From Rhynchopus sp. YZ270_cl-10 (lineage: Eukaryota), in contig OZ037836.1 of assembly GCA_964035575.1 (NCBI GenBank), positions 2,108,001 to 2,151,000 of the forward strand: 43,000 bases of DNA. The letters run 5' to 3'. Below are positions 1-13,285 of the stretch, in pieces. The notes under the pieces were generated by a model. That model ran no database searches and had not been told where the DNA came from. It worked only from the letters and a program-made list of their open reading frames with translations. The first letter of the stretch is position 1. Each line of letters begins with the position of its first letter. The position numbers were made by a program, and so were the translations under genes.

Positions 1-354
1 ACTGTGTATACTGTACGCGAGATACCACAGCACAGGACTTCATAAGCTCTCACGGCTCCCACTAGTTCTCACTAAGCTCTCACAGCTCTCAGTAAGCTCA
101 CAGACTGTGTTACGTGTCTCACGGCCGTTCGGTTGTGCACCCAGGTACCCAGACCCATGCAGTGAAGAAGTCTAAATGGGAGCTGTCTAAGTATAAGTCT
201 GATCCTGAGCCCAAATCTGCCCGGACTTATAGGGTCATCGGACTTATGCACGGGGGGGGAGTAGGTAAATAAATAAAAGCCCGCTCCCCCGCAAAATACA
301 GAGAGAACGACCATTTTTTTTACCTGATTTTCATTAACCCGTCATTGACCCCTC

Positions 355-561
355 ATGGTGAGAGCACCAAACAGACGACGAATTAGATGTAGTCGGAGAG
401 GAGGAGTGTGTGGGGTAATGGTAAAAAACGGAACGACACAGCACATGCAACACCACCCCAGTTTCTTTAAAGAGAAGCACCGTTGCAAACTTTGCTGGGA
501 AGTTTTTGAAACCGAAGACACATGGCGAAACCATGTCGCAACATGTCCAGACAGGAAATAA
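355..561 (+). CDS. Small ORF with zinc-finger-like motifs
   Basis: CKLC-x12-H-x3-C (CKLCWEVFETEDTWRNHVATC) has C2HC spacing; a looser C..C..H..H motif lies upstream; 68 aa, may be a fragment. Confidence 0.35.
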   Translation: MVRAPNRRRIRCSRRGGVCGVMVKNGTTQHMQHHPSFFKEKHRCKLCWEVFETEDTWRNHVATCPDRK

Positions 562-1734
562 TAAAGCCAAAATCGGGCTGGGGAGGTCATCAACTATGCC
601 AAGAATTCAAGGAAAATATCAGATATTTTGGGTTCTACCTGTCATGCAGTACGCAGTGTACTTTCGCTACAAAAACTATTTTACGAGTTTTGCTTGCCAA
701 AACGAGTTGGTAATTAATGTTGTTTCACGAGCGCAGTGAGTGTGACATACATAGAATAACCCATTTACTTCGCGCGATTTTGCGGTCATGTAACCGACAA
801 AGTATTTCACGCGTGAAATGAACACGTCGTAGCGGAAACACGTCGTTTGCGGACAACAACGGGGGGTTAAAGTCAGTCACTACTATAGCCATTAACTCAG
901 GGAGCATAGCTAGTGCAAGAAATTCGAAGCCAGTGCACAATTTGTTTGTGTAGCGCGAGGCACTCTTTTTTAATAAAGTTCCTGCAGTTGCTATGCACTG
1001 TTATTTCTTAGGATTTATCATGATACAGCGTAACATAGTGGATTCGCCTGGTCGACACAACCTTTGATAGATATGGGATAACCAACCCCCTTCAGCCCCT
1101 CGTGGGTTCACTGAACAAGCCCTAGTGGTAGTTAAACGCGATTGAACATTTAAATTCCTAGAGATGAAAGAACAAGACTGTACCCGCGCATCAAAATTGT
1201 GGAAAACTTTGCACCCCAAACACCCTCAACAACGCCCGCCAAAAGGCGCCCCCTGTTGCTGGGAGTTGGTTCTCATGTTTGATACCTGCACAGCGGGCAT
1301 TCCTGAGTCCAACGCGTGTTTGCCCTGCAGCGCTGCCTCCAATCTTTTTATAATTGACAACAAGTTATTTTATCAAAAAGTACCACCAGGCCCTGTCTTC
1401 GTGCACCTTAGGTGCAACGCCGCAGAGAAACAAAACGGATTGAAAAAGCCTTAGTTTAAAGATAGAAGCTTGATTGTTTTCTTTGAGTACTCAATTAACC
1501 AGAACAACCGTACTTCAGTTTAACACATTTTTTCACCTTTTTGTTTTCCGGCTTGGAGCGCACAAACAACATGGATAACCAACTTTTTGCAGGTTCAAAA
1601 ACGATGGCAGTAGGCATCTTCTCGCTTCAGAGCACTATGCGCTTGTTGCAGCTTGACGTTGGGAGAAGTCTCACCACTACAAGCTGAGGGTTTGTTGAAG
1701 GCCTTCACGGCAACCTCGTTGAGAGGAGGTGGCG

Positions 1735-1852
1735 TGTCCAAACTTAGTGAATTGTTGTAACGCTCAGTGACTTGTCCAAACTTAGTTACTTGTTGTAACG
1801 CTTAGTGACTTGTCCACGTGGGTGGCATGTCCACTCTTAGTTACTTGTTGTA
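1735..1852. repeat. Minisatellite, 38-bp unit, about 3 imperfect copies
   Basis: TGTCCAAACTTAGT(T/G)A.TTGTTGTAACGCT.AGTGACT at 1735 and 1773, with partial copies after 1811. Confidence 0.8.
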
Positions 1853-1990
1853 AATACGGCCCGGCTTTGAGCGCACAAACAAAAGACCCGATATTTTTGC
1901 GTGTCACATTCCCTCAATTCAAGTGTGAGTCACTCACACTTGAAGTCATGTGCCACTGCGTGGGTACCTGTGTACCTGTGTACCTGTGTT

Positions 1991-2149
1991 CACAGTACAC
2001 AGTATACACAGTATACACAGTATACACAGTATACACAGTATACACAGTATACACAGTATACACAGTATACACAGTATACACAGTATACACAGTATACACA
2101 GTATACACATACACAGTATACACAGTATACACAGTATACACAGTATACA
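1991..2149. repeat. (CAGTATACA)n microsatellite
   Basis: About 17 near-perfect 9-mers. Confidence 0.97.
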
Positions 2150-2214
2150 TGCTTTGTGCTCTTATTTTGTTTTTTTTGCAGGGTTTTCAAACCCCCCACC
2201 GTGCATTTTTACCC

Positions 2215-3350
<1,136 letters not shown>

Positions 3351-3943
3351 CTAAAAGCCTGGTCAGTCACCTGACCAAGCCACCGTGTGACGTACAAGGA
3401 GGCAGGAGCACATAGTAGCGGTATCCGAACTCCGAAATAGGAAGGTGACAGCTGCGTGGAGATCACACGACTACACGTCTTCAATTAATTTATGTATAAT
3501 GGGTTTTTGCCGCTGTGCACTGTAGTATATGTAGTATATACGTACCTCCCCCCGTGTATTTGTCCTGTGCATATGTCCGTGTTGGTCGAGGCTCGGACAT
3601 ATCCGCAAACCCGCAAAAGGAATATACACATGCCTTCTGACATTACACATGCCGGACCTATGCACAGTTCGGCTACAGTGCGCAGCGGCAAAAACCCATT
3701 CCGAGCTTTCCGTCCGGTACGTTGGCGGGGCATCTCCGGTCATATGTGTGTAGATGTATATAAAATGGGACACTCGTCTGTACTCGTCTGACGAGGATAG
3801 ACGAGTATCGAGATGAGGATCGCCACTCGTCTCACTCGTTCCGACTCGTCCGCACGGTATGCCTGGGGGGGGGTAGGGGGCACAGCCCTTAAGGAAATCC
3901 TTAAGGACCCTCTGTAACGCTCGTGTTTTTTCAAGAATTTTTT

Positions 3944-4547
3944 CACTATTTATTTTGAATGTGTGTTTTCGGGTTTAAATAGCTGTTTAGTGGGGTTCTA
4001 CTCCACTAAATAAATCGAGCAAAAATATGGTGAACTCAGAGGAGGGGGTCATTCGGTTCGAAAAACGCTATTTCGGGCAATTAGAGCAAAAACAACGCCC
4101 TCAAATACAAGAATCAGTTTTGGAAAATCCCACTTTTTGGCTGAGTGGGTAAAGTAACCAGACCAGGTTGTGAAAAATAGCTGTTGGTTTTTTTTTGTTT
4201 GGGAAGATCGAGCGCGAAAACGTCCAAATACGTCATTTTTTTTGGAAAAAAATTACCCAGCAATTTTTCTAAATACAAGGTCCCCGACCCCCATTTTCAC
4301 AAAAAAATTGGCCTATTTCTACAGCCATATTTGTACGGCAAATCTCTAACACTATTTATTTTGAATGTGTGTTTTCGGGTTTAAATAGCTGTTTAGTGGG
4401 GTTCTACTCCACTAAATAAATCGAGCAAAAATATGGTGAACTCAGAGGAGGGGGTCATTCGGTTCGAAAAACGCTATTTCGGGCAATTAGAGCAAAAACA
4501 ACGCCCTCAAATACAAGAATCAGTTTTGGAAAATCCCACTTTTTGGC
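3944..4547. repeat. Direct duplication of about 198 bp (3944-4141 and 4350-4547); partial third copy at 8031-8070
   Basis: Identical CACTATTTATTTTGAATGTG...CCCACTTTTTGGC blocks. Confidence 0.92.
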
Positions 4548-5511
4548 CCTCAACTTTCTTCTGCATGATTCGAGGTCGGTTGCACCCCCCGTTGACAAGG
4601 TCACATTACCTGCGGCCCACCTGATCATCGATCAGGAGACGACGAAGAAGATTCGGGAGTTCGACTTCTGGGATGCGGATGGGTATGATGAACGAGAGCG
4701 CCTATTTTCCTTGAAGATATTGGTGCAGGTGCTGGAGCTTCTTGCTGGAAAGACGGATATGGAGAAATTCCGCAGCGACCTCCCCCTCCTTAGATCGTCC
4801 AATCGTGAACCTCTCGAGATGCAGCACGATGCCTGCGAGTACTGGGTGAGGTTCTCGGACGGATTGTTGACGGGTGTGCAGAAGCGTCATCCCGTTCTCC
4901 CGCACCTCTCTTATATGGAACGAGTCTCCGCATCGTGGCTATGTATGGAACCGTGTCCTGAGTGCCATGATGAGCCACCAGGCCACCGCGTACAGGATAA
5001 CACTGCAGTGTCCAGCATCGGCAGTGAGCACACATCGGTGCAGCAGTTTATCGACGAGACGTGGAACAAGGAACATATTGAGTATATTCAGTACATGTGT
5101 GAGCGGTGCAAACACAAAAGAAACTTTGCCAAGAAGCGGAAGCGATACCTTGCTCCTTTCCCCTGTGTTCTGTTTTTTTCTTACAACCGGTTTCACTTCT
5201 CACACTCCGAAGGAAGGGGTATAAAAGTATCTTCTCCGTTTACGGCGGAGAGTACCCTGAAAGTTTCAGCTCCGCGCAGCATACACGAAGAGGACGTACC
5301 ATCGGAATACGCCCTTGTGTGTGAGACACATCACGTGAACGGGGTGACGGTAAACGAAGGGCACTACATCACGTACACGCATAACTCCGACAATTCGGTG
5401 ACGTGTATCGATGACTTGCGCCCCAATAGCAATGTCACAATTGCCAAGGCGGAAGTCCCGAAAAGTACTGGGTACACGTTTCACTACGTGAAGCAGAAAA
5501 TTGCAGCTTGA
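4546..5511 (+). pseudogene. 5'-truncated ubiquitin-specific protease (peptidase C19) catalytic domain
   Basis: QHDACEY (QxDA motif), CPEC and CERC zinc-finger cysteines, PCVLFFSYNRF, His box YALVCETHH...EGHYITY, CIDD. The catalytic Cys box is absent: the frame starts at the repeat junction with ALNFLLH. Confidence 0.8.
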
Positions 5512-5519
5512 TAGGGTTG

Positions 5520-5840
5520 TTGGGTATTGGGTATTGGGTATTGGGTATTGGGTATTGGGTATTGGGTATTGGGTATTGGGTATTGGGTATTGGGTATTGG
5601 GTATTGGGTATTGGGTATTGGGTATTGGGTATTGGGTATTGGGTATTGGGTATTGGGTATTGGGTATTGGGTATTGGGTATTGGGTATTGGGTATTGGGT
5701 ATTGGGTATTGGGTATTGGGTATTGGGTATTGGGTATTGGGTATTGGGTATTGGGTATTGGGTATTGGGTATTGGGTATTGGGTATTGGGTATTGGGTAT
5801 TGGGTATTGGGTATTGGGTATTGGGTATTGGGTATTGGGT
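5520..5840. repeat. (GGGTATT)n G-rich array, about 46 units
   Basis: Perfect 7-mer array starting a few bases after the USP stop codon. Confidence 0.98.
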
Positions 5841-5928
5841 TTGTGGGGAAAGTTTCAGCTAAAGTACCGGGGGGGGGGTTTTTTTTTGAACAAGATAAAC
5901 AATAAGCTCGCTTATTCTCCGCCCCGGG

Positions 5929-6742
5929 ACTGTGTACTGTGTACTGTGTACTGTGTACTGTGTACTGTGTACTGTGTACTGTGTACTGTGTACTGTGTAC
6001 TGTGTACTGTGTACTGTGTACTGTGTACTGTGTACTGTGTACTGTGTACTGTGTACTGTGTACTGTGTACTGTGTACTGTGTACTGTGTACTGTGTACTG
6101 TGTACTGTGTACTGTGTACTGTGTACTGTGTACTGTGTACTGTGTACTGTGTACTGTGTACTGTGTACTGTGTACTGTGTACTGTGTACTGTGTACTGTG
6201 TACTGTGTACTGTGTACTGTGTACTGTGTACTGTGTACTGTGTACTGTGTACTGTGTACTGTGTACTGTGTACTGTGTACTGTGTACTGTGTACTGTGTA
6301 CTGTGTACTGTGTACTGTGTACTGTGTACTGTGTACTGTGTACTGTGTACTGTGTACTGTGTACTGTGTACTGTGTACTGTGTACTGTGTACTGTGTACT
6401 GTGTACTGTGTACTGTGTACTGTGTACTGTGTACTGTGTACTGTGTACTGTGTACTGTGTACTGTGTACTGTGTACTGTGTACTGTGTACTGTGTACTGT
6501 GTACTGTGTACTGTGTACTGTGTACTGTGTACTGTGTACTGTGTACTGTGTACTGTGTCTGTGTACTGTGTACTGTGTACTGTGTACTGTGTACTGTGTA
6601 CTGTGTACTGTGTACTGTGTACTGTGTACTGTGTACTGTGTACTGTGTACTGTGTACTGTGTACTGTGTACTGTGTACTGTGTACTGTGTACTGTGTACT
6701 GTGTACTGTGTACTGTGTACTGTGTACTGGGTACTGTGTACT
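5929..6742. repeat. (TGTGTAC)n array, about 116 units
   Basis: Near-perfect 7-mer array with two variant units. Confidence 0.98.
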
Positions 6743-8525
6743 ATTCTCTACAAATCTTTCAAATGAAGCACGAATCGAAAACTTTTGTGCATCTGATTGC
6801 CCCTCCGAGGTTGGAAGTTTGAGGCTGTGGAGGGAGGGGGTGGGTACCACCCACTACCTATAGGATTTGTACAGTAAAACCATAGGGGGGCCCTTCTGAT
6901 TTTTTGGATTTTTGACCAACTTTTTTGAATCACGAATTTGCTCGATTTTTTTTTGATTATATAGTTTACCCACCCTAGCGATCCATTAAAGCAAGAATTT
7001 TTCACTTTTGAGCAAACGTTGCATGTTCTAAATACAGCCCAAAATACACACATTCAGAATAAATAGTGTTTGAAAAAAAGTCATAAAACCCGCCAAGGTG
7101 GGTCTACCTGGTCCCAAAGTGGCCTAAAATTCGTCGATTCTGCCCAATGAAACACCAAACCAAAACTGAGCGTTTATTTTCGAAAAAAAATCACTTTTTT
7201 TTCGAAAAAACGGCTTCGAAAATAGTAAGATTTTAGTAAGATTTCCTTCAGGAATGTAACGCTTTCAAAAAAATGGATCCGGGAGCACAGTTTTTCTTCT
7301 AAGGTGCCGAAAACCACCCCACGTCCCCTCCGGTGAGGTCCGGCAGTGGAAATATGTGGGTTTCGAAGCTTTTGGGCGTCCAGATTGGGGCCCGAGCGTG
7401 TATTTGAGTGGATGAGACAGAAAAGGGGGCAGTTTTTACCTCGTTTTTTAGGCCTTTTCGTCACTCCAAAACCCAAAAATCGCCCACAAAACGTCCATAG
7501 AAGGCACCAATACCCCCGGGGTTGATCTTAGATACCTTATGGGGGTTGAAAAATCGCATTTACAACCATTTTCTGGTCGATTTTGGTGCCCGGAGGTCCA
7601 AATAGAAGGTGTGTAACGGTTGTGTAACGGTTGGCCCCTCCCGGCTAAAATGTAGTTTTTGTGTATAAAAAAAATTCAATATTTTCAGCGAAGACATTGA
7701 AAAAACTGGACTTTTGGCCCCAAAACCCCCCAGAAATCACTCTGTGCACACATCTGACTGGAAAACCCCACTTTTCCTCTTGTTTTGGACTATTTTAAAT
7801 TTTTGAATTTCTTTATAAATCGCCCTGCTATCAAATACCCTCAGATAAGGGGGAAATTGGGTGAAAACGTGTCAAAAAGTGTCAAAAAATCGGGGGGGAA
7901 AGTGCCAAAAGGCATCAAAAAGTAAGAAATAGTGCCACAAATGTGTTTTCTGGGGTGGTTTTGTGTTTTCGGATATTTTTTTTACGCTCCGTCCCAAATT
8001 TTTGTCCACACATACGATAAAGTAATAGTTACTCCACTAAATAAATCGAGCAAAAATATGGTGAACTCAGCGGAGCCCGGTTTTAAAAGTGCCAAAAACG
8101 ACCTTTTCGTTTTGACGCATTGTGACTTCCTCAAATGCACTTTTCAAGGGTAAAAAATTCGGGTTTTCTAAGCACAACCAGTGTTAAGTCAAAAATTTTC
8201 GCGAAAAAAAAATAGATTTTTTTTGACTCTAGATGCCGGAACCCAGAAACGTCCATTCGAGCAATTTTTTTTTGGTTTTGACACCCCCTGTGCCCGCCAG
8301 GCATAGTCTGTACAAAGTGATTTTTACCTGGATTTTTGCCTGTATTTTCCTTAAGGAAAATACATAGGGAATTATCTTAAGTAAACACTTTTTCATGATT
8401 TTTTGTTGAGTGTTACAGAAAAAAGGGCCTCGCTGTGCTCCCTATAGGGGGGGGGGGGGGGTAAGGGGTCTAATTTTAATTTTGTCGATTTTGAGGAAAA
8501 TTTTGGCCAAAAATGGGCCCCACGT

Positions 8526-8807
8526 ATGTGCAAGACCTGTTGGGATGCCTGCCTGTCGCAGAGGGTCCCCGGGAGTCGTCATGTGTGCCCTATTGACAAC
8601 AGAACACATGTGAACAGATCCCACCTGGTCCCTAACAGAAGCCTGGCATCGCTCATTGAGTCGTACGTCAAGAAGCAGGGGAGGGGGGCAGAGCACTCCT
8701 CTGCTGATGCCACGCAGCAGGCAGCACCTGATCGCTCTGGACTCGGAGGCCGTGGTGGAGGCAAGGGCAGGGGCGGAAGACGTGGGAGCCGCTCCATTGC
8801 CGAATAG
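8526..8807 (+). pseudogene. C-terminal half of a RING-finger domain with an RG-rich tail
   Basis: CKTCW...VCPIDN...LVPNRSLASLIE matches the second half of a RING plus the common post-RING PNxxL helix; the N-terminal half is replaced by AT-rich repeat DNA. Confidence 0.6.
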
Positions 8808-8989
8808 TGGGAGGCAATGGTCACAAGCCATAGCAGTGCAGTCTGCAATTGAGAGAGGCCCGTCTGTTGTGATCCGATAACTTCAAAAAATATCCCAATA
8901 TTGTCTCTGGTGTCCTCAAAACACCTTCCTGGCACCCTATAGCTAGAAAATATCGTGTAGTTTGGCTTCTCCGCGGGGGGGGGGGGGGG

Positions 8990-10181
8990 TAGGGGGTACG
9001 ACTCCAGCCATTTTTTGCGCACGGAAAATTCATTTGGCATTATCTGGTCATCTCCAAGGCAACTGCGGGTGAAAAACACCCTCAGAGTGGGTCACAGGGG
9101 GCCTGTGGGTCGAAAAACGACCCAGAAGCCACCCCAGAATACAAAAAAATGGAAAAAAATAGTGAAAAAACGGCTTTTTTCACGTTTTGGCCACTTTGGG
9201 CAAAATAGCGATTTTTCGAGAAAAAAATCAAAAACCGGGATATTTTTTGACATCACAAAGCCTCCTTTGGCACAAATATACCCCAAAAGTGGCCTGTGAG
9301 TCCATTCCAACCTGTTTTGGACATATTTGACACTTTTGGAAGTGTTTTTTTGGTGTTTTTAGGTCAAAAAAATGCCCAAGACGTCCCCAAGACATCCCCA
9401 AGACACTTTGCACACCCCCTGTTACGGTCATATTTTTTTCGTTTTTTTGCCTGAAACCCCCAAAATACCCCTCCCGGACCCCACATAGTCCCGAATATCC
9501 ATCACACACCCACTCAGAGTGAGTAGAAGCACCCCAAAAAAAATATTTTTTAAAGCCCTAAAATTGTGCTTCAGTTTCGGCAGCATCCATGTTGAAGTTG
9601 AAGGGCTTTAAAAAATATTTTTTTTGGGGTGCTTCTACTCACTCTGAGTGGGTGTGTGATGGATATTCGGGACTATGTGGGGTCCGGGAGGGGTATTTTG
9701 GGGGTTTCAGGCAAAAAAACGAAAAAAATATGACCGTAACAGGGGGTGTGCAAAGTGTCTTGGGGATGTCTTGGGGACGTCTTGGGCATTTTTTTGACCT
9801 AAAAACACCAAAAAAACACTTCCAAAAGTGTCAAATATGTCCAAAACAGGTTGGAATGGACTCACAGGCCACTTTTGGGGTATATTTGTGCCAAAGGAGG
9901 CTTTGTGATGTCAAAAAATATCCCGGTTTTTGATTTTTTTCTCGAAAAATCGCTATTTTGCCCAAAGTGGCCAAAACGTGAAAAAAGCCGTTTTTTCACT
10001 ATTTTTTTCCATTTTTTTGTATTCTGGGGTGGCTTCTGGGTCGTTTTTCGACCCACAGGCCCCCTGTGACCCACTCTGAGGGTGTTTTTCACCCGCAGTT
10101 GCCTTGGAGATGGCCAGATAATGCCAAATGAATTTTCCGTGCGTTTGGTCCCAGCCAAAATGGCTGGAGTCGTATCCCCTA
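8990..10181. mobile_element. Foldback element: about 570-bp near-perfect inverted arms with a 42-bp spacer
   Basis: Arms 8990-9559 and 9602-10181; mirrored ORFs appear on opposite strands in the track; ends TAGGGGGTACGACTCCAGCC and GGCTGGAGTCGTATCCCCTA. Confidence 0.85.
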
Positions 10182-10603
10182 GGGGGGGGGATAACCGATT
10201 TTTCTGGGTGAGAATGTAAGGGGGGGAGGTAAATCTCACGCCATACGTTGTTTTTGCATCCTGCCTGTCCCCACATACAACCACACCACAACAGAGGTGA
10301 CGTGGGACTGGGAGATCACTTACACCTTCACCACCCACATATGTACAGTTCCCCAAGCAGGGCAAGCGTGTGGGTTCCGTCGGCACGCTCCTCACTGCGG
10401 AGCGGATAGTCAAGGCAGTGCGTGCCCAGCTGCTCCCGAAGGACGCGTCTCTGTACCTGGTACAGTGGGAGCGTGCATCGGGCTCAGTGGGCTCACTTGT
10501 CGCGTACATGTCTGCCTTCTTCTTGTCTCCTTCCCGTTCTGCGAGTTGTGTTTCTCCTTGCCCCACCCAAAACACCTTGCACAAAACAGAGAGACACGAA
10601 ACC

Positions 10604-11668
10604 ATGGAAATATGTGTGACGAGCTTTGACGGAGAGAACACAGTCGAGGTGGGTGTGGATGATACAACTGCGGACATACGGCGGAAGGTGGCGACTGCAG
10701 CAGAGTTGTGCGAAGACGGCTTTGACATGAGCTTCGGAGAGAAGCTGCTGGCCGAAGGAGACGACACGACGCAGCTGAGTGCTGGGGACACAGTTGTGCT
10801 GACGAAGACGAAGTCGCAGAAGGACGACGCCATTGCAGCTCTTCGTGACTTGGGTGAGACAAGGCTGACGTCAGACAGGTTCAACGGTCTGGAAGATCCC
10901 AAGCTGGTTCATTTGTTTCTGCAGGCGGAGGTTGTTACTGAGATCCCCTATAGCTTCTTGAGAGATGAGACATTCGAAGAACTTGATCTCAGTGGTGTGC
11001 CAGGTGTGACTCAAATAGAAAGAGGTTTCCTCCAAAGCTGCACCTCATTGCACACTCTTGATTTATCTGGGTGGAGCAATGTGACGCGGGTTGATACTTT
11101 CTTTCTCTTCAACTGCACCTCATTGACCACACTGGATATGTCAGGGTGGAACAATGTAAGGCAAATAGGAGACGACTTTCTCTCCTACTGCAGCGCATTG
11201 CGAACCCTTGACTTGTCTGGGTGGAACAATGTGACGCGGGTTTATGAGCGCTTTCTCTTCAGCTGCACCTCATTGACCACACTGGATATTTCTGGGTGGA
11301 ACAATGTGACGCAGCTTGGGCGCTCTTTTCTCGCCGGCTGCAGCGCATTGCAAATCCTTGACTTGTCTGGGTGGAAGAATGTAACGCGGGTTGATGATTC
11401 CTTTCTCTTCCACTGCACCTCGTTGACCACACTGGATATTTCTGGGTGGCACAATGTAAGGCAAATAGGGAGGCACTTCCTCAAGAACTGCAGCGCATTG
11501 CAAACACTTGACCTATCTGGGTGGACGACTGTTCAGCACATTGAGGCAGACTTCCTAAAAGGATGCAAAATACCCACAAGCAGTATCAACGTCACCGGAT
11601 CGAGCAGTGTTGTGTCAGAATATGTGCATGGCTATAGCGGTAGCCTCCGCAAATGTGTGTGCATGTGA
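10604..11668 (+). CDS. Ubiquitin-like domain + 25-aa LRR protein with C-terminal CaaX motif (354 aa)
   Basis: MEICVTSFDGENTVEVGVDDTTADIRRKV...FGEKLL resembles the ubiquitin fold; two alternating LRR types (LxTLDxSGWxNVxx...FLxxC); ends RKCVCM*; ATG chosen by alignment to the paralogs. Confidence 0.85.
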   Translation: MEICVTSFDGENTVEVGVDDTTADIRRKVATAAELCEDGFDMSFGEKLLAEGDDTTQLSAGDTVVLTKTKSQKDDAIAALRDLGETRLTSDRFNGLEDPKLVHLFLQAEVVTEIPYSFLRDETFEELDLSGVPGVTQIERGFLQSCTSLHTLDLSGWSNVTRVDTFFLFNCTSLTTLDMSGWNNVRQIGDDFLSYCSALRTLDLSGWNNVTRVYERFLFSCTSLTTLDISGWNNVTQLGRSFLAGCSALQILDLSGWKNVTRVDDSFLFHCTSLTTLDISGWHNVRQIGRHFLKNCSALQTLDLSGWTTVQHIEADFLKGCKIPTSSINVTGSSSVVSEYVHGYSGSLRKCVCM

Positions 11669-12247
11669 GGCATGTGCATCTTTCGAGAGGCTAGGCGCTC
11701 ATTGCGATGTTCAGGGAACGAATTTTACATTGCACGTTGCACTTTGCCCAAATATGAAACTGGAGATATGTTTTTTTATGCACAGTTCTTTGCATCCTTG
11801 CGTGCGTACACTGATACAACCAAGCATGTTGTTTTATACTAAGTTAAGACAAATGCTTTGTCACAACACAGTTTTGTGGTGGGAAATGACTCTTTAATGA
11901 GCCAATTGTCTTTTTCTATGCAACATGTTAGACCGTTTGGTCTGGGAGGGTTTGGGGTTCTTATCTGTCTCAGTGACATGTTGAGCAATTACGAGAGGTG
12001 TTTGCTGTATTTTATGAGGACAAATACTTTGTGGTGGGAAATGATTAAAACATCTGAGACTTGTAGTTTATTCCTTTCCCCTATTATTGTGCACTCACCT
12101 CATTTCTGTTGAAGTTCAAGGGGACAACCTCGTGATTTTCCTCGCAACCGCGTGTGGTGACGTTTCTGCGTTCGTACGACCTCCACCAATGCTTTCCTAT
12201 TCCCACAACCCCACCACACAACAGAGCAACACAAAAAAGAAGGCAAA

Positions 12248-13285
12248 ATGGACGTAACCATCAAGAGGTACGACGACAACTTGTTCATGATCGAGGTGGG
12301 TGTGGATGACACAACGGAGACGATGCGGCAGAAGGTGGCGTCTGCAGTGGGGTTGGCTGAGGACAGCTTCCACATGGGCTTCGGAGGGAAGGACGAAGGA
12401 GAGGACATCACGCAGCTGAGTGCTGGAGACACAATCATCCTCACGAAAGTGAAGAAGTACGCAGCCCGAGCAGAGCTTCACGCGTTGGGTGAGACGGACA
12501 TCACTGCAGAGCGGTTGGGGGAGGTGGAGGATCCTGAGGTGGCGTGTTTGCTTCTGCAGGCGGAGGTTGCGACTGTCATTCCTGATGACTTCTTGTCCGG
12601 TTCATCATTAACGAGACTTGATCTGAGTGCTGTGTCGTGTGTGACGGAGGTTGGTGATAAGTTTCTGTCCAGTTGTACAACGTTGACAAGCATCGACCTG
12701 TCAGGGTTGAGCAATGTGACGCGCATCGGTGGCTACTTTCTCGACGGTTGCGAAGGCTTAACCACTCTGGATCTTTCGCCACTCAGCAACTTGACAGAAA
12801 TCGGTAGCTGCTTTCTCAGCGGCTGCGAAGGTTTAACCACTCTGGATCTTTTACCACTCAGCAACTTGACAGAACTCGGTGGCTGCTTTCTCAACCGCTG
12901 CAAAGGTTTTACCACTTTGGATCTTTTACCACTCAGCAACTTGACGCACATCAGTTACTCCTTTCTCCACAGCTGCTCAGGCTTATCCACTCTGGATCTT
13001 TCACCACTCCGTAACGTGGTAGAAATCGGTGGCTGCTTTCTCCACGGCTGCGAAGGCTTCACCACTCTGGATCTCTCGCAACTCAGCAGGGTTACGTTTG
13101 TTGATTACCTATTTCTTACGAACTGCACTTCGTTGAAGAGTATTCACCTTACCGGCTGCAGCAGTGCTGTGTCCGACGCAGTAGTGAAGTGCAAGCTGCA
13201 GGAGCTTGTGGTTGAAGCACGTCCGAAACGCAGCAGAGACGAATCCCCCCAGCAAGCACACAAACGGCAGAGACACGCACAATGA
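12248..13285 (+). CDS. Ubiquitin-like domain + LRR protein, copy A (345 aa)
   Basis: UBL-like N-terminus; seven 25-aa repeats LTTLDLSPLSNLTxIGxxFLxxCxG; tail RPKRSR...HKRQRHAQ. Confidence 0.9.
   Translation: MDVTIKRYDDNLFMIEVGVDDTTETMRQKVASAVGLAEDSFHMGFGGKDEGEDITQLSAGDTIILTKVKKYAARAELHALGETDITAERLGEVEDPEVACLLLQAEVATVIPDDFLSGSSLTRLDLSAVSCVTEVGDKFLSSCTTLTSIDLSGLSNVTRIGGYFLDGCEGLTTLDLSPLSNLTEIGSCFLSGCEGLTTLDLLPLSNLTELGGCFLNRCKGFTTLDLLPLSNLTHISYSFLHSCSGLSTLDLSPLRNVVEIGGCFLHGCEGFTTLDLSQLSRVTFVDYLFLTNCTSLKSIHLTGCSSAVSDAVVKCKLQELVVEARPKRSRDESPQQAHKRQRHAQ

Larger units (their letters stand above)
3874..8444. mobile_element. Non-autonomous element with imperfect inverted termini carrying a USP fragment and two satellites
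   Basis: Left end TAGGGGGCACAGC vs right end GCTGTGCTCCCTA (12/13 inverted match); subterminal TCTGTAACGCTC vs GAGTGTTACAGA; 3944-3975 has an inverted counterpart near 7038-7068; G runs flank both ends. Confidence 0.5.

Noticed and set aside
720..1740. Possible degraded gene on the minus strand
   Set aside because: Only short open stretches and no recognisable motif
3780..4560. Upstream exon supplying the USP Cys box across 3865-4546
   Set aside because: The joined frames I tried (SARYA or RTVC onto LNFLLH) give no N-x-C-Y/F Cys box, and there is no AG acceptor at the junction
5520..5840. True telomere
   Set aside because: Internal position, and the unit differs from the TTAGGG typical of euglenozoans
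5501..6863. VLGIGYW and CTVYCVL repeat ORFs up to 451 aa
   Set aside because: Heptamer satellite artefacts
10370..10603. N-terminal extensions of the 432-aa and 434-aa ORF calls (also 20231-20497 and 33923-34183)
   Set aside because: Non-ATG starts, or UTR and satellite sequence; paralog alignment and the first ATG support downstream starts
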